Source: Pseudomonadota bacterium (GTDB taxonomy: Bacteria > Bdellovibrionota_B > Oligoflexia > Oligoflexales > CAIYRB01). From it: a stretch of 64,000 nt of DNA. A model generated the notes under the pieces. It was not told where the DNA came from. It made no database searches and saw nothing but the letters and a program-made list of their open reading frames with translations. Below are positions 47,808 to 57,584 of the stretch, piece after piece (position 1 is the stretch's first letter; each line of letters starts with the position of its first letter). The translations under genes and the position numbers were made by a program. The stretch is taken from the NCBI GenBank assembly GCA_026390435.1, contig JAPLFY010000117.1, positions 27,181 through 91,180 of the forward strand, read 5' to 3'.

Positions 47808-48611
47808 ATGTCGAGACGCCAGATCAGGAAGAGTTTGCTAGTGATCTCAATGCTGGGCCCAAACTCATGTGGCACCGGCGAGACTCCAATTAGCACACCT
47901 GCTGCGAGTAGCATCAGAACTACGAGTGGGGGTACCGAAACAAATTCGGATCTTGGGGTTCAGAATAAAACACAGGTCAAATCCGCCAAGGGTCCTAAAA
48001 CCAAAGGCAGCTCTAGCCGCAAGCAGATCCCGACAGTTTCGGACAGTGCCGATGCCCTAGCCAATACTAGCGGGACATTTGGCGGGCCACAAACAAATCA
48101 AAATCAACGGGCAACAGTTCCTAGCCAAGCAGCTTCCAATCCCTCGGCATCCCCTCTCCCAGCGGCTCAGCCACCCGTCCCAGCCATCTCTGATTGTTAT
48201 AAAGGCGATGAGTTTACCTGCAAAGTCGAGATCGAAATTGTCCGCTTAACCAACGAGAAACGTGTAGGTTTATCACCACTGCGCCATGACAAAAATATGG
48301 CTTTTGTCGCGCGTGATTGGTCGCGGCAACAAGGCCAATCTGGAGGCATCAGCCACAACGGCTTTCCAGGCGCGAGGGCGCAAGTTTACCAAAGAGAATT
48401 TGGCCAGAATGGGTCCATAAGTGCTGAAAACGTTGCCATGTTTAGTGGCGGCAGCGGCACGTCAGCTGAGGAGGTAGCCAAGCGCTTCGTGGACATGTGG
48501 TACGGAAGTCCAGGCCATAGGGCTAATATGCTTGGCAGTTATGGTAGCCTGGGTGCCGGCGTATACCAATCAGGGTTTGGTTATTATGGCACACAGATTT
48601 TTGGCAACTAA
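47808..48611 (+). CDS. CAP/SCP (YkwD-like) domain lipoprotein with low-complexity linker
   Basis: ORF track starts at GTG 47796. ATG 47808 follows GGAGGA. MSRRQIRKSLLVISMLGPNSC signal plus lipobox. C-terminal CAP blocks LTNEKRVGLSPL, ISHNGF, ENVA and GSPGHRANML. Confidence 0.7.
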   Translation: MSRRQIRKSLLVISMLGPNSCGTGETPISTPAASSIRTTSGGTETNSDLGVQNKTQVKSAKGPKTKGSSSRKQIPTVSDSADALANTSGTFGGPQTNQNQRATVPSQAASNPSASPLPAAQPPVPAISDCYKGDEFTCKVEIEIVRLTNEKRVGLSPLRHDKNMAFVARDWSRQQGQSGGISHNGFPGARAQVYQREFGQNGSISAENVAMFSGGSGTSAEEVAKRFVDMWYGSPGHRANMLGSYGSLGAGVYQSGFGYYGTQIFGN

Positions 48612-48747
48612 ACCGCAAAATATTTATAAAAGACCTTCTGGTTTGACTGGAAAATCGATTCAATTTCTGGCAGTATCCCGCAAAATTTTGCTAGTAGCGC
48701 CCCCGGTTTGGGTAGGTAGCAGCAAGATAAGTAAGGGAGTTGCCATC

Positions 48748-49911
48748 GTGCGATTTGCTAGTCTTTACCTCATGGCCGCATTGACACTTTGTTCTTCGTT
48801 TAGCTGTGCCAAACATGCCGTTGCTCAAGGCGGCGCGGCCACTAATCTGCCTCAGACTACGTCAGAGTTCGCGCCACCGCTTCATACCAGCGGACGCTGG
48901 ATAGTCGATACGCTGGGTCGGCGCGTTAAACTCAAAGGCATCAATTGGTACGGTGCTTCTGACGGTTATAACGTGGTCGGCGGTCTAGATAAGAATTCCG
49001 TCAAAAACATCGTGACCATCATTCGCGAATTAGGCTTCAACTCGGTACGCTTACCGTTCTCCAATGCCATGCTTCATGCTGAGTCAACGGCTCCCGAACC
49101 CGTTGCTGCTAATCCGCAATTTGCTGGCAAAGCACCTATCGCCGTCTTTGATGCCGTGGTGGAAGAGCTCACTTCGCAAGGCATTTTCGTCATTTTGAAC
49201 AACCACACCACTAGCTCGGCTTGGTGTTGTGGCTGGGACGATAACGCTCTGTGGTTCAACAAGGAACTCACTACAGAACAATGGATGAAAGACTGGGAAT
49301 GGCTGGTCGAGCGTTACCGGAGTAATCCTCTCGTAATTGGTGCCGATCTTCGCAACGAAATCCGCCAAGGACCACAGGGCAATCCCAATTGGGGCGGTGG
49401 GGGTCAGCAAGATTGGCAGCGGGCCGCTCAAGATCTGGGCAATCGCTTAAATAAAGTGAATGCCGACATCCTGATCATCGTCGAAGGCCTCAACTACTCC
49501 ACCGATTTTTCTGGCGTCGCCGCAAAGCCCGTTCGCCTCACCGCAAGCGATAAGCTGATTTACTCGCCGCACAACTATTCATGGTTTGCCGGCACCGATC
49601 CCAACAAAATGACCTACGAGAGTCTGAAACAGGGCCTAGATAAAGGCTGGGGGGTTATTGGCGAAGGCACCGCTGGCATTCAGGCCCCGATATGGATCAG
49701 CGAATTTGGTGCTGGTCCAAATGAAAACCATAATTGGTTTAATCATTTTGTGCGATACGTCAGGGAGAACGATCTCGATTGGTGTATCTGGCCTTTAAAC
49801 AACGGCATTCGCGCGGACAAAAGCGCCGTCGAGGAGTGGGGTTTTGTTAGCGGTGATTGGCAAAGACCCATTGTGGACTGGCGCACGAGCCTGCTCAAGA
49901 CAATCCAGTAA
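48748..49911 (+). CDS. Secreted glycoside hydrolase family 5
   Basis: ORF track starts at 48532, inside the CAP gene. GTG 48748 follows AGGGAG and yields signal peptide VRFASLYLMAALTLCSSFSCA. GINWYG, NNHT, DLRNEI (acid/base Glu) and ISEFG (nucleophile Glu). Confidence 0.75.
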   Translation: MRFASLYLMAALTLCSSFSCAKHAVAQGGAATNLPQTTSEFAPPLHTSGRWIVDTLGRRVKLKGINWYGASDGYNVVGGLDKNSVKNIVTIIRELGFNSVRLPFSNAMLHAESTAPEPVAANPQFAGKAPIAVFDAVVEELTSQGIFVILNNHTTSSAWCCGWDDNALWFNKELTTEQWMKDWEWLVERYRSNPLVIGADLRNEIRQGPQGNPNWGGGGQQDWQRAAQDLGNRLNKVNADILIIVEGLNYSTDFSGVAAKPVRLTASDKLIYSPHNYSWFAGTDPNKMTYESLKQGLDKGWGVIGEGTAGIQAPIWISEFGAGPNENHNWFNHFVRYVRENDLDWCIWPLNNGIRADKSAVEEWGFVSGDWQRPIVDWRTSLLKTIQ

Positions 49912-49962
49912 ACTCTAAAACAGTTTAGTCTTTGGATTCACCTTGGTCAGCTCACCAAACGA

Positions 49963-50358
49963 TTAAAGCTTTTGACACACTGCCTTTGAGGGCAATGACT
50001 CAGTTCCACCTACTACAGCCGTGACGACGAAACAGAAATTCTTACCGACATAAGGAGCTAACGCTCTGTTGGTACTCTGAATCGTCACGGCTGGTTTTGC
50101 TCGATCGAAACTCTCGTCATCGGCTTTTACCGTCACAATTGGAATCTCGGCATCCTTAAGATTCGGCATCCCATACACTTGGTAAGATGTAGCGGGCGTT
50201 CCCTGGGCAGCGTCCCACGAAAGTGCGACCGACTTGGCTTTAGTAGCGGCTGAATTTCCTGGCTGGCCGCTCCCTGTAGCCGAAGTTTTCCCGCATGAGC
50301 TAGACATGCCTAGTCCCAATAGTAGAGTGATCAGCGGCAGTATTATGACTTGTCGCAT
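49963..50358 (-). CDS. Small lipoprotein with fibronectin-III-like domain
   Basis: 131 aa. Lipobox GMSSSC. SVALSWDAAQGTPATSYQVYG is a typical FN3 B/C-strand pattern. It lies 40 nt downstream of the LPMO-like gene. Confidence 0.45.
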   Translation of the reverse strand: MRQVIILPLITLLLGLGMSSSCGKTSATGSGQPGNSAATKAKSVALSWDAAQGTPATSYQVYGMPNLKDAEIPIVTVKADDESFDRAKPAVTIQSTNRALAPYVGKNFCFVVTAVVGGTESLPSKAVCQKL

Positions 50359-50398
50359 TGAGCTAGCTCCGTTTCATGCTTCCATGTTCTTTTCTGGC

Positions 50399-51031
50399 CT
50401 AAGTTGCCGGCTTCACTACTACCTTGAGATTGGTCGGCGCGGCCGGCGTTTCAGTCGCGCCGGTTCCTCCGCCGCCCCCCGGGGATGGGCTTGCAGGTGG
50501 AACCTTCGGAGCCCCTGATCCCGGCGTATTACTAATGCGGATATCAGCACACGAATAATAATTCGATGGCATCGCCGGGTTTTCGGTCATCACCTGAATG
50601 ACTTGTAGCGAGCAGGTCTCGCACAACTTGCTGGGAATAGTAATCGTCGCGGAAAACTGATGGTATGTGGCCGGATCGATATAATTCACCAGACCGTTCT
50701 GATTATCGGCAATATTGTTTAGCAGCACATTTTGGTCGAATCCAGTTTGGCCATCGGGAGAAAAGGCGATACGAAAGTAGCCGGGGTGCTGGATAGTCTC
50801 TTCCCAAAATACGGTGAACTTTTGCCCTGGGGTCAAAGAGGTACGCTTGCTAACATCGATCGTCGGTGTTGTGGCACCGCAGGGACCAGTTTTTTCCCCG
50901 GAACTGGCGCTGCGCGGGGTCAGCGTCGAGCCCGGCTTGATCCGCGTGTGCCCACTCACAGGTTGAGCAAAAAGCACCGCGGTGAGACCCGCTAGACCGA
51001 CTATTCTCGAGTAGAGCACAAATGCCCCCAT
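50399..51031 (-). CDS. Secreted LPMO-like (histidine-brace-type) protein
   Basis: 210 aa. The predicted signal cleavage (..AQPVSG|HTRIKP) would expose an N-terminal His. GPCG, a WEETIQHPGYFRIAF second-His block, CETCSLQVIQ and YYSCADIRI cysteine pairs, and a Pro/Gly linker tail. Confidence 0.42.
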   Translation of the reverse strand: MGAFVLYSRIVGLAGLTAVLFAQPVSGHTRIKPGSTLTPRSASSGEKTGPCGATTPTIDVSKRTSLTPGQKFTVFWEETIQHPGYFRIAFSPDGQTGFDQNVLLNNIADNQNGLVNYIDPATYHQFSATITIPSKLCETCSLQVIQVMTENPAMPSNYYSCADIRISNTPGSGAPKVPPASPSPGGGGGTGATETPAAPTNLKVVVKPAT

Positions 51032-51322
51032 ATTTAGTGACAGACTTCGCCTAGATACCTATCGGATTGCGGACGGGAAACTTGAGAAACTCTGCCGAGG
51101 GACGCTCCAGATCGCCATAACTACATGAATTTTATCACTTATTTGGCTATTTGACCATCTAATAGGCAACTAGAAGACATTGCCAAACAACGGTTATTAT
51201 TGTTGTTTTTGGCTTCAAACTGGACGATTATCTACTCTCTAATGATTCACTAGTCTACGCTTCCCGTTACGAGTGCTCAAGACACTCGATCCAGGGGCTA
51301 AGTAGGAAGGGGCACTGACAGC

Positions 51323-52624
51323 ATGCAAGAAATCCTGTGGAGGATCGGCGCCGTAGCCATCCTCGTATTTGCCAATGGATTTTTTGTTGCCGCGGAGTTC
51401 GCCCTAGTCACCGTGCGCCGCAGCAGAATCGATGAACTAGCTGCCGAAGGAGTGGTGCGCGCCAAGCACGCTGCTCGCGCAATCAAACACCTGGACACTT
51501 ATATTGCCGGCACCCAAATCGGTATCACCATCGCTAGTATCGGCCTTGGCTGGATTGGTGAGCCAGCCCTGGCAAAGCTATTGGCCTCGCTCCTTTCGCA
51601 CATTTCAAAAACGATCTCTTTAGCCACCGTAAACAATATTGCTGTAGCTATATCGTTCGCCTTCATCACGTTACTACATGTACTCCTCGGGGAGCTGGTG
51701 CCAAAATCTTTAGCTCTGCAAAAGCCGGAGACCATCTCTTTGGCGGTCGCGGGACCGATGGCAGTGATCGTGGAAATACTGCGTCCGCTAATTTGGAGCC
51801 TAAACAGCGTCGGGAATTGGCTGCTGAGAATCTTTGGCCTAGAACCAGCCGGCGAGCTTGACGCCGTCCACTCGCCCAAAGAACTAGAAATTCTGGTTGG
51901 CCGCAGCCACGCGGCGGGTCATCTCGACGAGTTCGAGAGAAATATTTTACAAAGGTCTTTCCACTTCAGCGAAACTGCCGTCTCCGAAATCATGGTTCCC
52001 CGCTCCGACATGATAGCACTGGACCTGTCGAAGCCGACGTCTGAGCAGATGCAGCTAGCGGCCGACTCACAACATACTCGTTTACCCGTATTTGACGGGG
52101 ATCCGGACGTCATGATCGGCATCATCTTCGTTCATGAAATCTTCCGTCTGTCGCAGCAAGGTGGACAGATCGATCTACGTAGCCTACTCCGTCCAGCACT
52201 CTTCGTACCGGAGTCGCTAAGTTTAGAGCCGCTGATGGGGAAATTCCGCGAAAAGCAAACTCAGCTTGCTATTGTCATCGATGAGTATGGTTGTGTTGCA
52301 GGCCTCGTTACTCTAGAGGATGTGGTTGAGACTGTCTTTGGTGAGATGCAAGATCAGAACGAAGAGCCATCTCCTAGCATACTTAAAAGACTAGACGGTA
52401 AGATTACGATCAGCGGCGACACTCGACTGGCAGAGCTCAACAACGTCTTAGGTTGGGATCTGCGCGATGATGAATCCGACACTATTGCCGGCTTTGTCAT
52501 GCGCAAACTAGGCACGGTCGGCAAAGTGGGCAAAGAAGTCAAAATACCCGGTGGGCTTCTCCGCATCACGGAGGTTGAGCGCAACCGCATCCTGACGTTG
52601 GAATTCACTCCGATTCATCGCTGA
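51323..52624 (+). CDS. CNNM/HlyC-CorC family transporter (DUF21-CBS-CorC_HlyC)
   Basis: 433 aa. N-terminal DUF21 with FFVAAEFALV, a CBS pair, and a C-terminal CorC/HlyC domain. Confidence 0.85.
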   Translation: MQEILWRIGAVAILVFANGFFVAAEFALVTVRRSRIDELAAEGVVRAKHAARAIKHLDTYIAGTQIGITIASIGLGWIGEPALAKLLASLLSHISKTISLATVNNIAVAISFAFITLLHVLLGELVPKSLALQKPETISLAVAGPMAVIVEILRPLIWSLNSVGNWLLRIFGLEPAGELDAVHSPKELEILVGRSHAAGHLDEFERNILQRSFHFSETAVSEIMVPRSDMIALDLSKPTSEQMQLAADSQHTRLPVFDGDPDVMIGIIFVHEIFRLSQQGGQIDLRSLLRPALFVPESLSLEPLMGKFREKQTQLAIVIDEYGCVAGLVTLEDVVETVFGEMQDQNEEPSPSILKRLDGKITISGDTRLAELNNVLGWDLRDDESDTIAGFVMRKLGTVGKVGKEVKIPGGLLRITEVERNRILTLEFTPIHR

Positions 52625-53618
52625 TGGTGCGTTTTAGCTCAGGAAAGACCCGCGCTACTTTAGACAAGATATAGTCGCCGTATGTGCCCTTAAAGTCATA
52701 AACTGACCGAAGGTCCCAGCGCTCTGTATTGTCAACCGAACTCACACTCATATTAGGCAACAAACCTACGTCCACATCAAAGCCTGGATCAAAAAATAAG
52801 GGATAGGAGTAGCGACCGCGGCCCGACACATTACGCACACGGTGTGGTGTAGAGCGGTACAAACCGCCTGTCATCCGTTCGAGCATATCGCCAATATTAC
52901 AGACGAAGGCATTATCTATCGGCGGGGCCTCGATCCATAGATCTCTGGACTTGATCTGTAGACCACCGCAGCCGTCCTGCTTAAGTATGGTCAAAAGGCC
53001 GTAGTCTGTATGCTCACCAACTCCCCAGTATCCTGCCGATTGTTCTAGCTCTGCTGCCGACAAAGTGGGCCCCGGTGGATAATGAAAGATGCGAAATAAA
53101 ATCAATGGATCACTGGTAAAGTGACGGGAAAAATATTGCACATCCAGATCCAGACTAAGGCTCAAAAGCCGCATCAAAGTGTGGCCGAGATTGGTCACTG
53201 CCGCCATGTACTCTAAAACCGTCTCGCGAAAGCCGGGAATATAAGGAAATAGGTTGCTCCCGTGCAAGGGAGTACCCGCCTTCACTTGCGGATGATCTGG
53301 TACCAGCTCTTGGCCAAAGTAAATGCCTTCTTTCAAGTCTGGCCGACCCGATGTCAGCTCTGCACCGACGGGGAAATAGCCACGCCATGCTTTGCCTCCG
53401 AGCTCCATGCGTATCTGCATTTTTGTCGCCTCATCTGCAGCGAAAAAATGAGCGCTGTGTTCTTCTAGGCGCGCCTGTAATGCCGGCTCGATACCGTGAC
53501 CACGCACATAGAAAAAGCCGAATTCTTGGCAAGCAAGTCTTAGCTGCTGGACCAGATCTTTCTTCTCGATATCGCTGCCGTCAAACCCACACAGATCGAG
53601 CAGCGGTACTTTCGCCAT
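52605..53618 (-). CDS. 2-oxoglutarate/Fe(II)-dependent oxygenase (isopenicillin-N-synthase family)
   Basis: ORF track starts at TTG 53678. ATG 53618 gives MAKVPLLDL, the usual N-terminus of this family. HTDYGLLTIL (HxD) and STPHRV (distal His, RxS). The 3' end overlaps the convergent CNNM gene by 20 nt. Confidence 0.8.
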   Translation of the reverse strand: MAKVPLLDLCGFDGSDIEKKDLVQQLRLACQEFGFFYVRGHGIEPALQARLEEHSAHFFAADEATKMQIRMELGGKAWRGYFPVGAELTSGRPDLKEGIYFGQELVPDHPQVKAGTPLHGSNLFPYIPGFRETVLEYMAAVTNLGHTLMRLLSLSLDLDVQYFSRHFTSDPLILFRIFHYPPGPTLSAAELEQSAGYWGVGEHTDYGLLTILKQDGCGGLQIKSRDLWIEAPPIDNAFVCNIGDMLERMTGGLYRSTPHRVRNVSGRGRYSYPLFFDPGFDVDVGLLPNMSVSSVDNTERWDLRSVYDFKGTYGDYILSKVARVFPELKRTISDESE

Positions 53619-53815
53619 GAGAGGAGTGTCCAATTTTGATGTCCTCACAAACTTCAAAGGTCTCTTGATGGCCCGCAATCTGTTTTGGCGTCAGACTTAG
53701 CGCCTAAAAATATATTACGATCGTTTCTGTAGTTCATGGTAGAATTACCAGAATTCTTCCCAGTAATGCCCATTTAATGCACGATTAATCCTAGATTTTA
53801 GTTAGGAGCGATTTT

Positions 53816-54319
53816 ATGATCCGTCGCGGTATGCTCGCCTTGATCTTCGGCGTCGTTGCAAGTGTTCCGACCGCTAAGGCGGCCGACAGTAGTAACGGGT
53901 GTGGACCTGGTTGGTATGTTTTTAAAGATACCTCACTCGTGTCGTCGTCGCTGCGCACCATAACGAATGCGGCACTGTTTCCGAGTGCCACGGTGGGCAT
54001 GACCTTTGGCACCTCGAATTGCGCAAAGCACAAAATCGTCGAAGAACGTGACCGCGAAAGCGTCAAATTTGCTACCCTCGCTTACCATGATTTGATGATC
54101 CAGACGGCGCAAGGACACGGCGAATATTTGGCGGCTTTCGCCTCGACCTTGGGCTGCAACTGGCAAGCGCAACCTGAGTTCAATCGCACGATGCAGGGAG
54201 TCTACCCAGCCATATTTACAAGCGACGAGACTTTACCCGAAGACGTCGTAGCGCAGTTTAGAGCACAAATTAAACACCATCCCGGATTAGCCCAAGCATG
54301 CGCCTTAGGCATGGGCTAA
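53816..54319 (+). CDS. DUF3015-family secreted protein
   Basis: 167 aa with a signal peptide. NGCGPGWYVF...TNAALFPSATVGMTFGTSNC matches the DUF3015 GCG.G...TTN...G.TSGTS.C pattern. Confidence 0.6.
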   Translation: MIRRGMLALIFGVVASVPTAKAADSSNGCGPGWYVFKDTSLVSSSLRTITNAALFPSATVGMTFGTSNCAKHKIVEERDRESVKFATLAYHDLMIQTAQGHGEYLAAFASTLGCNWQAQPEFNRTMQGVYPAIFTSDETLPEDVVAQFRAQIKHHPGLAQACALGMG

Positions 54320-54360
54320 GGTCGCAGCCTTCGGGCTGCACCCTCAATTGGCGCCGTAGA

Positions 54361-56208
54361 ATGTCCTGGTGGTTACTTACCGGGACTCTACTTGCGCCCA
54401 CCGCAGTCGCCGAAGTACCGCCTTCGGCGGCTGCGGTGGCTTTAGTTGCGGATGACCCGCAGTGGTTAGCTCTCGGCCATTGGACTGCCAGCGGCTCGGG
54501 TTGGACCAGCGATATCGAGAATCCAGATTTTTACTTAAGCCCAAATGGCAGACAAAATCCTGGAGCCGAACTAAGCACCACTGCAGATGCCATGCAGACA
54601 GCGGCGCCGATGGGCAAAGACAGAACACCTGCGCCCTGCGCCTTCCCTGGTAGAGCCGCCTATCTCAAGCGACTTGGACTACCAGTCGCCTCGGTAGCCT
54701 GCCCAGAATTTCAAAAATTTGCCGACAAGTTAGCGGTCAAAAGCGCCACACTAGTCTTTGCTTCGGCCTATGCAAATAATCCGGCTTCCATCTTTGGCCA
54801 TACGGTACTTCGGCTCAATCACGAAACGGGAGTAGATCACCCCCCGCTGCTAGGGAATAGCGTCGCTTTTCTCGCCCAGATAGATACGGACGACGACCCC
54901 ATTGCCTATACCTTCAAGGGCCTTGCTGGCGGCTATCCCGGTACTTTTAGTGTCGACCCTTATTACGTAACGGCAGCCTATTACACGAGCGGCGAAAGTC
55001 GTGACCTATGGGAATATCCACTCAATCTAAATCAGCCGGAAATAGACCTACTCGTGGCTCACCTGTGGGAGCTGACGCAGCATGCCCGCTTTGCCTATTA
55101 TTTCTTCGATAAAAACTGTGCCTATCAGTTGCTGGCACTGCTGGCAGTAGCCAAACCAGATACCGACCTACGCGCGAACTTCAGAACTTTGGTGCTACCG
55201 CTCGAAGTCACTCGCGAGATCCACCGTCGCATCGGACCAGGACAACCAGCAATTTGGCGCGCATCGCTGAAGACAAGCTTGCATCAACAACTGAACCAGC
55301 TATCCACCGCAGATGCCGAAAGCTTCCGAAACCTTCAGGCAGAGGCGCCAAGCCGCAGCACCGAAACCAAGCCCCAAGTCCTCGATACTTATATTGCTTA
55401 CCTAAATTTTTTACGACTTAACAAACAAAACCAATTTCCTAAGCACGAAAGACTGGCCCTACGCGAAGCACTGATCGCTCGAGCCAAACTTGCGGATTCT
55501 AGACCACCGGTTCAATTAACCGCGCCCTTGCCGCCTGACTCTGGTCACGCCCCATTTATGTTAAGAGCCGGAGCAGGGGCACGCGATGCGAACTCATATA
55601 TGCACCTGCGCCTTCGCCCAGGGCTGCATGATCTCCTCAACGCCGACGACGGCTACGAATCTTTCGCAGCGATCAGTTACTTCGACCTAGCGTTCCGATC
55701 ATACGGCGCCACGCGCAGCCCAGCGATCGAACACCTAACCATTGCCGAAGTCAATTCGCTAGTCCCCTTTACTTGGCTGCTGCCCGCATGGTCTTGGCGC
55801 CTTAAACTAGGCTGGGACCAAGTCGCGGAACAAGGCGACGGCAGGGAGTTGCAGTTCCGTGCCGAAGCTGGTGGCGGCCTTAGTTTCAATTTCTATTCAG
55901 ATCACCTCGTGGCATACCAGCTCCTCCTGGCTACCGTTGACTACGGATCGGCGTTTTACCGCGGAGTTCGCGGTGGTCCAGGGAGTATGAGTGGTCTTAA
56001 CTTGCGCATGGGCCGGTTTCACACCCTAGCGGAAGTCACCTATCGCCTGGATCTTTTTAAGGGTCAAAATAGCCGCCTAATTAGCGTCGGCCAGAGCCTC
56101 AGTCTTGCGCGTAATTGGGATTTGCGCGCCGAATGGCTGCTTGCTACGGATCTCCACACCACCCAAAGTCACCGAGATGCGGTGCTCACGTTGGGTGCGT
56201 ACCTTTAG
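54361..56208 (+). CDS. DUF4105 (Lnb N-terminal periplasmic domain) protein
   Basis: ORF track starts at 54298. ATG 54361 gives signal peptide MSWWLLTGTLLAPTAVAE. The FGHTVLRL block and FFDKNCAYQLL are typical of DUF4105. Confidence 0.6.
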   Translation: MSWWLLTGTLLAPTAVAEVPPSAAAVALVADDPQWLALGHWTASGSGWTSDIENPDFYLSPNGRQNPGAELSTTADAMQTAAPMGKDRTPAPCAFPGRAAYLKRLGLPVASVACPEFQKFADKLAVKSATLVFASAYANNPASIFGHTVLRLNHETGVDHPPLLGNSVAFLAQIDTDDDPIAYTFKGLAGGYPGTFSVDPYYVTAAYYTSGESRDLWEYPLNLNQPEIDLLVAHLWELTQHARFAYYFFDKNCAYQLLALLAVAKPDTDLRANFRTLVLPLEVTREIHRRIGPGQPAIWRASLKTSLHQQLNQLSTADAESFRNLQAEAPSRSTETKPQVLDTYIAYLNFLRLNKQNQFPKHERLALREALIARAKLADSRPPVQLTAPLPPDSGHAPFMLRAGAGARDANSYMHLRLRPGLHDLLNADDGYESFAAISYFDLAFRSYGATRSPAIEHLTIAEVNSLVPFTWLLPAWSWRLKLGWDQVAEQGDGRELQFRAEAGGGLSFNFYSDHLVAYQLLLATVDYGSAFYRGVRGGPGSMSGLNLRMGRFHTLAEVTYRLDLFKGQNSRLISVGQSLSLARNWDLRAEWLLATDLHTTQSHRDAVLTLGAYL

Positions 56209-56285
56209 CGATAGCGAAGATTTTCTAACCTGATAAGCTAAAAACTCGGTTTTGAATCCTATGAATCACTTGGGAGCTTGCCCCC

Positions 56286-57029
56286 GTGGACGCATTTTTG
56301 GCAGATTTCTTCACATTTCCAAATATGATCGCACTGCTTTCCCTAGCCGCACTTGAGATCGTGTTGGGCATAGATAATATTGTCTTCCTAGCGATCATTA
56401 CGAGCAAACTGCACCGCTCGCAGCAAGCCAGCATGCGCCGTATCGGCCTCATCCTCGCCATGCTGCAGCGCATCTTGCTGCTCTTTGCCATCGGCTGGGT
56501 GGTTAAATTAACTGATCCACTGTTCACCTTACTTGGTAGAGCCGTGTCTGGGCGGGATGTGATCCTGATCGGAGGTGGACTCTTTCTGATCGCTAAAGCC
56601 ACCTTCGAAATCCACGGCACCATCGAGGGCGATCACGGCTCATCAGACGCACCGCCGCCGACTAAGCAAGTCAATCGAGCCGCGATGCTCCTTCAGATCA
56701 CCTTACTCGACATCGTTTTCTCATTAGATTCCGTGATCACTGCCGTTGGCATGGTCAATCACCTCGCTGTGATGGTTGCTGCTGTGCTGGCTTCCGTAGC
56801 AGTGATGGTGGTGTTTGCCAATCCGGTTAGCGACTTCATTGTAAAACACCCCACGGTGAAGATGCTTGCTCTATCTTTCCTACTGCTGATTGGTGTGGTT
56901 TTAGTTGCTGATGGCAGCGGTCACCACGTGGAAAAAGGCTATATCTACTTTGCCATGGGCTTTTCGATTTTAGTCGAGATGCTGAATTTTAGACTACGTA
57001 GCATAAAGAAAGCCCCGCAGGCTGATTAA
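56286..57029 (+). CDS. TerC-family integral membrane protein
   Basis: 247 aa. LEIVLGIDNIVFLAI and LDIVFSLDSVITAVG repeated TerC motifs. GTG start. Confidence 0.85.
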   Translation: MDAFLADFFTFPNMIALLSLAALEIVLGIDNIVFLAIITSKLHRSQQASMRRIGLILAMLQRILLLFAIGWVVKLTDPLFTLLGRAVSGRDVILIGGGLFLIAKATFEIHGTIEGDHGSSDAPPPTKQVNRAAMLLQITLLDIVFSLDSVITAVGMVNHLAVMVAAVLASVAVMVVFANPVSDFIVKHPTVKMLALSFLLLIGVVLVADGSGHHVEKGYIYFAMGFSILVEMLNFRLRSIKKAPQAD

Positions 57030-57047
57030 GCCTGAAGGCGGCAGCGC

Positions 57048-57079
57048 GGCAGTCCATGTAGCTCGGCAGTCCATGTAGG
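57048..57079. repeat. Tandem duplication of a 15-nt unit (17-nt period) in a convergent intergenic region
   Basis: CGGCAGTCCATGTAG occurs at 57048-57062 and again at 57065-57079. It is followed by a CCCCTT/AAGGAGGGG hairpin-like segment. Confidence 0.6.
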
Positions 57080-57119
57080 CCCTTCCCCTTAAAAGGAGGG
57101 GCCATTATCCTGGCTAGAT

Positions 57120-57584
57120 TCAGTCAGGAAGGCGCAGCCCTGCGCAGCGTTGAAGAGCCGGGATATGGCGGTCCGCAGAAGCCTCACGCAGATGCAAAAA
57201 CACCGCTCTCGCCTCCTCATTCGAGGTGTCTTTGAGCAGGCGGTCGTACATAGCTACATTATATTCCTCAGCCTCCAGACTTACGTCGCAAGCTGAGACG
57301 ACACTGGAATAAAACTGTGCGATCGGATGATAAATCTTTAACGGCGACCAACCGTTCAGCTTAAAAACTTGCTCCAGTAAATTCATGTGTCGTTCTTCGG
57401 AGCCGACAAGATTGCTGAATGGCATAATGTCGCCAAACTGCTGAATGATGGATTCATAGCGCATGTAGGCGTTGAGTTCGTCTTGGTAGGCTTCGACTAA
57501 AGCTGACTTCAATGAAGTGCTAGCCATCGCAGATGTTGCGAACATAAGAACCAGAGCAGTGAGCCACTTGACCGCGCATCTCAT
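57120..57584 (-). CDS. Secreted ferritin-like DUF2202 protein
   Basis: 154 aa with a signal peptide. YQDELNAYMRYESIIQQFGDIMPFSNLVGSEERHMNLL matches the DUF2202 pattern E..A.d.Y..l......F.nI..SE..H. Confidence 0.55.
   Translation of the reverse strand: MRCAVKWLTALVLMFATSAMASTSLKSALVEAYQDELNAYMRYESIIQQFGDIMPFSNLVGSEERHMNLLEQVFKLNGWSPLKIYHPIAQFYSSVVSACDVSLEAEEYNVAMYDRLLKDTSNEEARAVFLHLREASADRHIPALQRCAGLRLPD

Noticed and set aside
48532-48747. 5' extension of the GH5 ORF overlapping the CAP-domain gene
   Set aside because: The extension has no signal peptide and overlaps the CAP gene's 3' end. GTG 48748 has an AGGGAG RBS and yields a proper signal peptide.
49963-51031. Idea that the LPMO-like gene and the FN3 lipoprotein are one gene split by a frameshift (the LPMO-like tail ends PTNLKVVVKPAT, like the first FN3 strand)
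   Set aside because: The downstream ORF has its own complete signal peptide and lipobox and its own A-strand-like segment. A 40-nt gap containing stops in frame separates them.
56209-56285. Possible yybP-ykoY (Mn2+) riboswitch upstream of the TerC-family gene
   Set aside because: Only 77 nt are available, and none of the conserved riboswitch core sequences or the four-way-junction helices can be seen.
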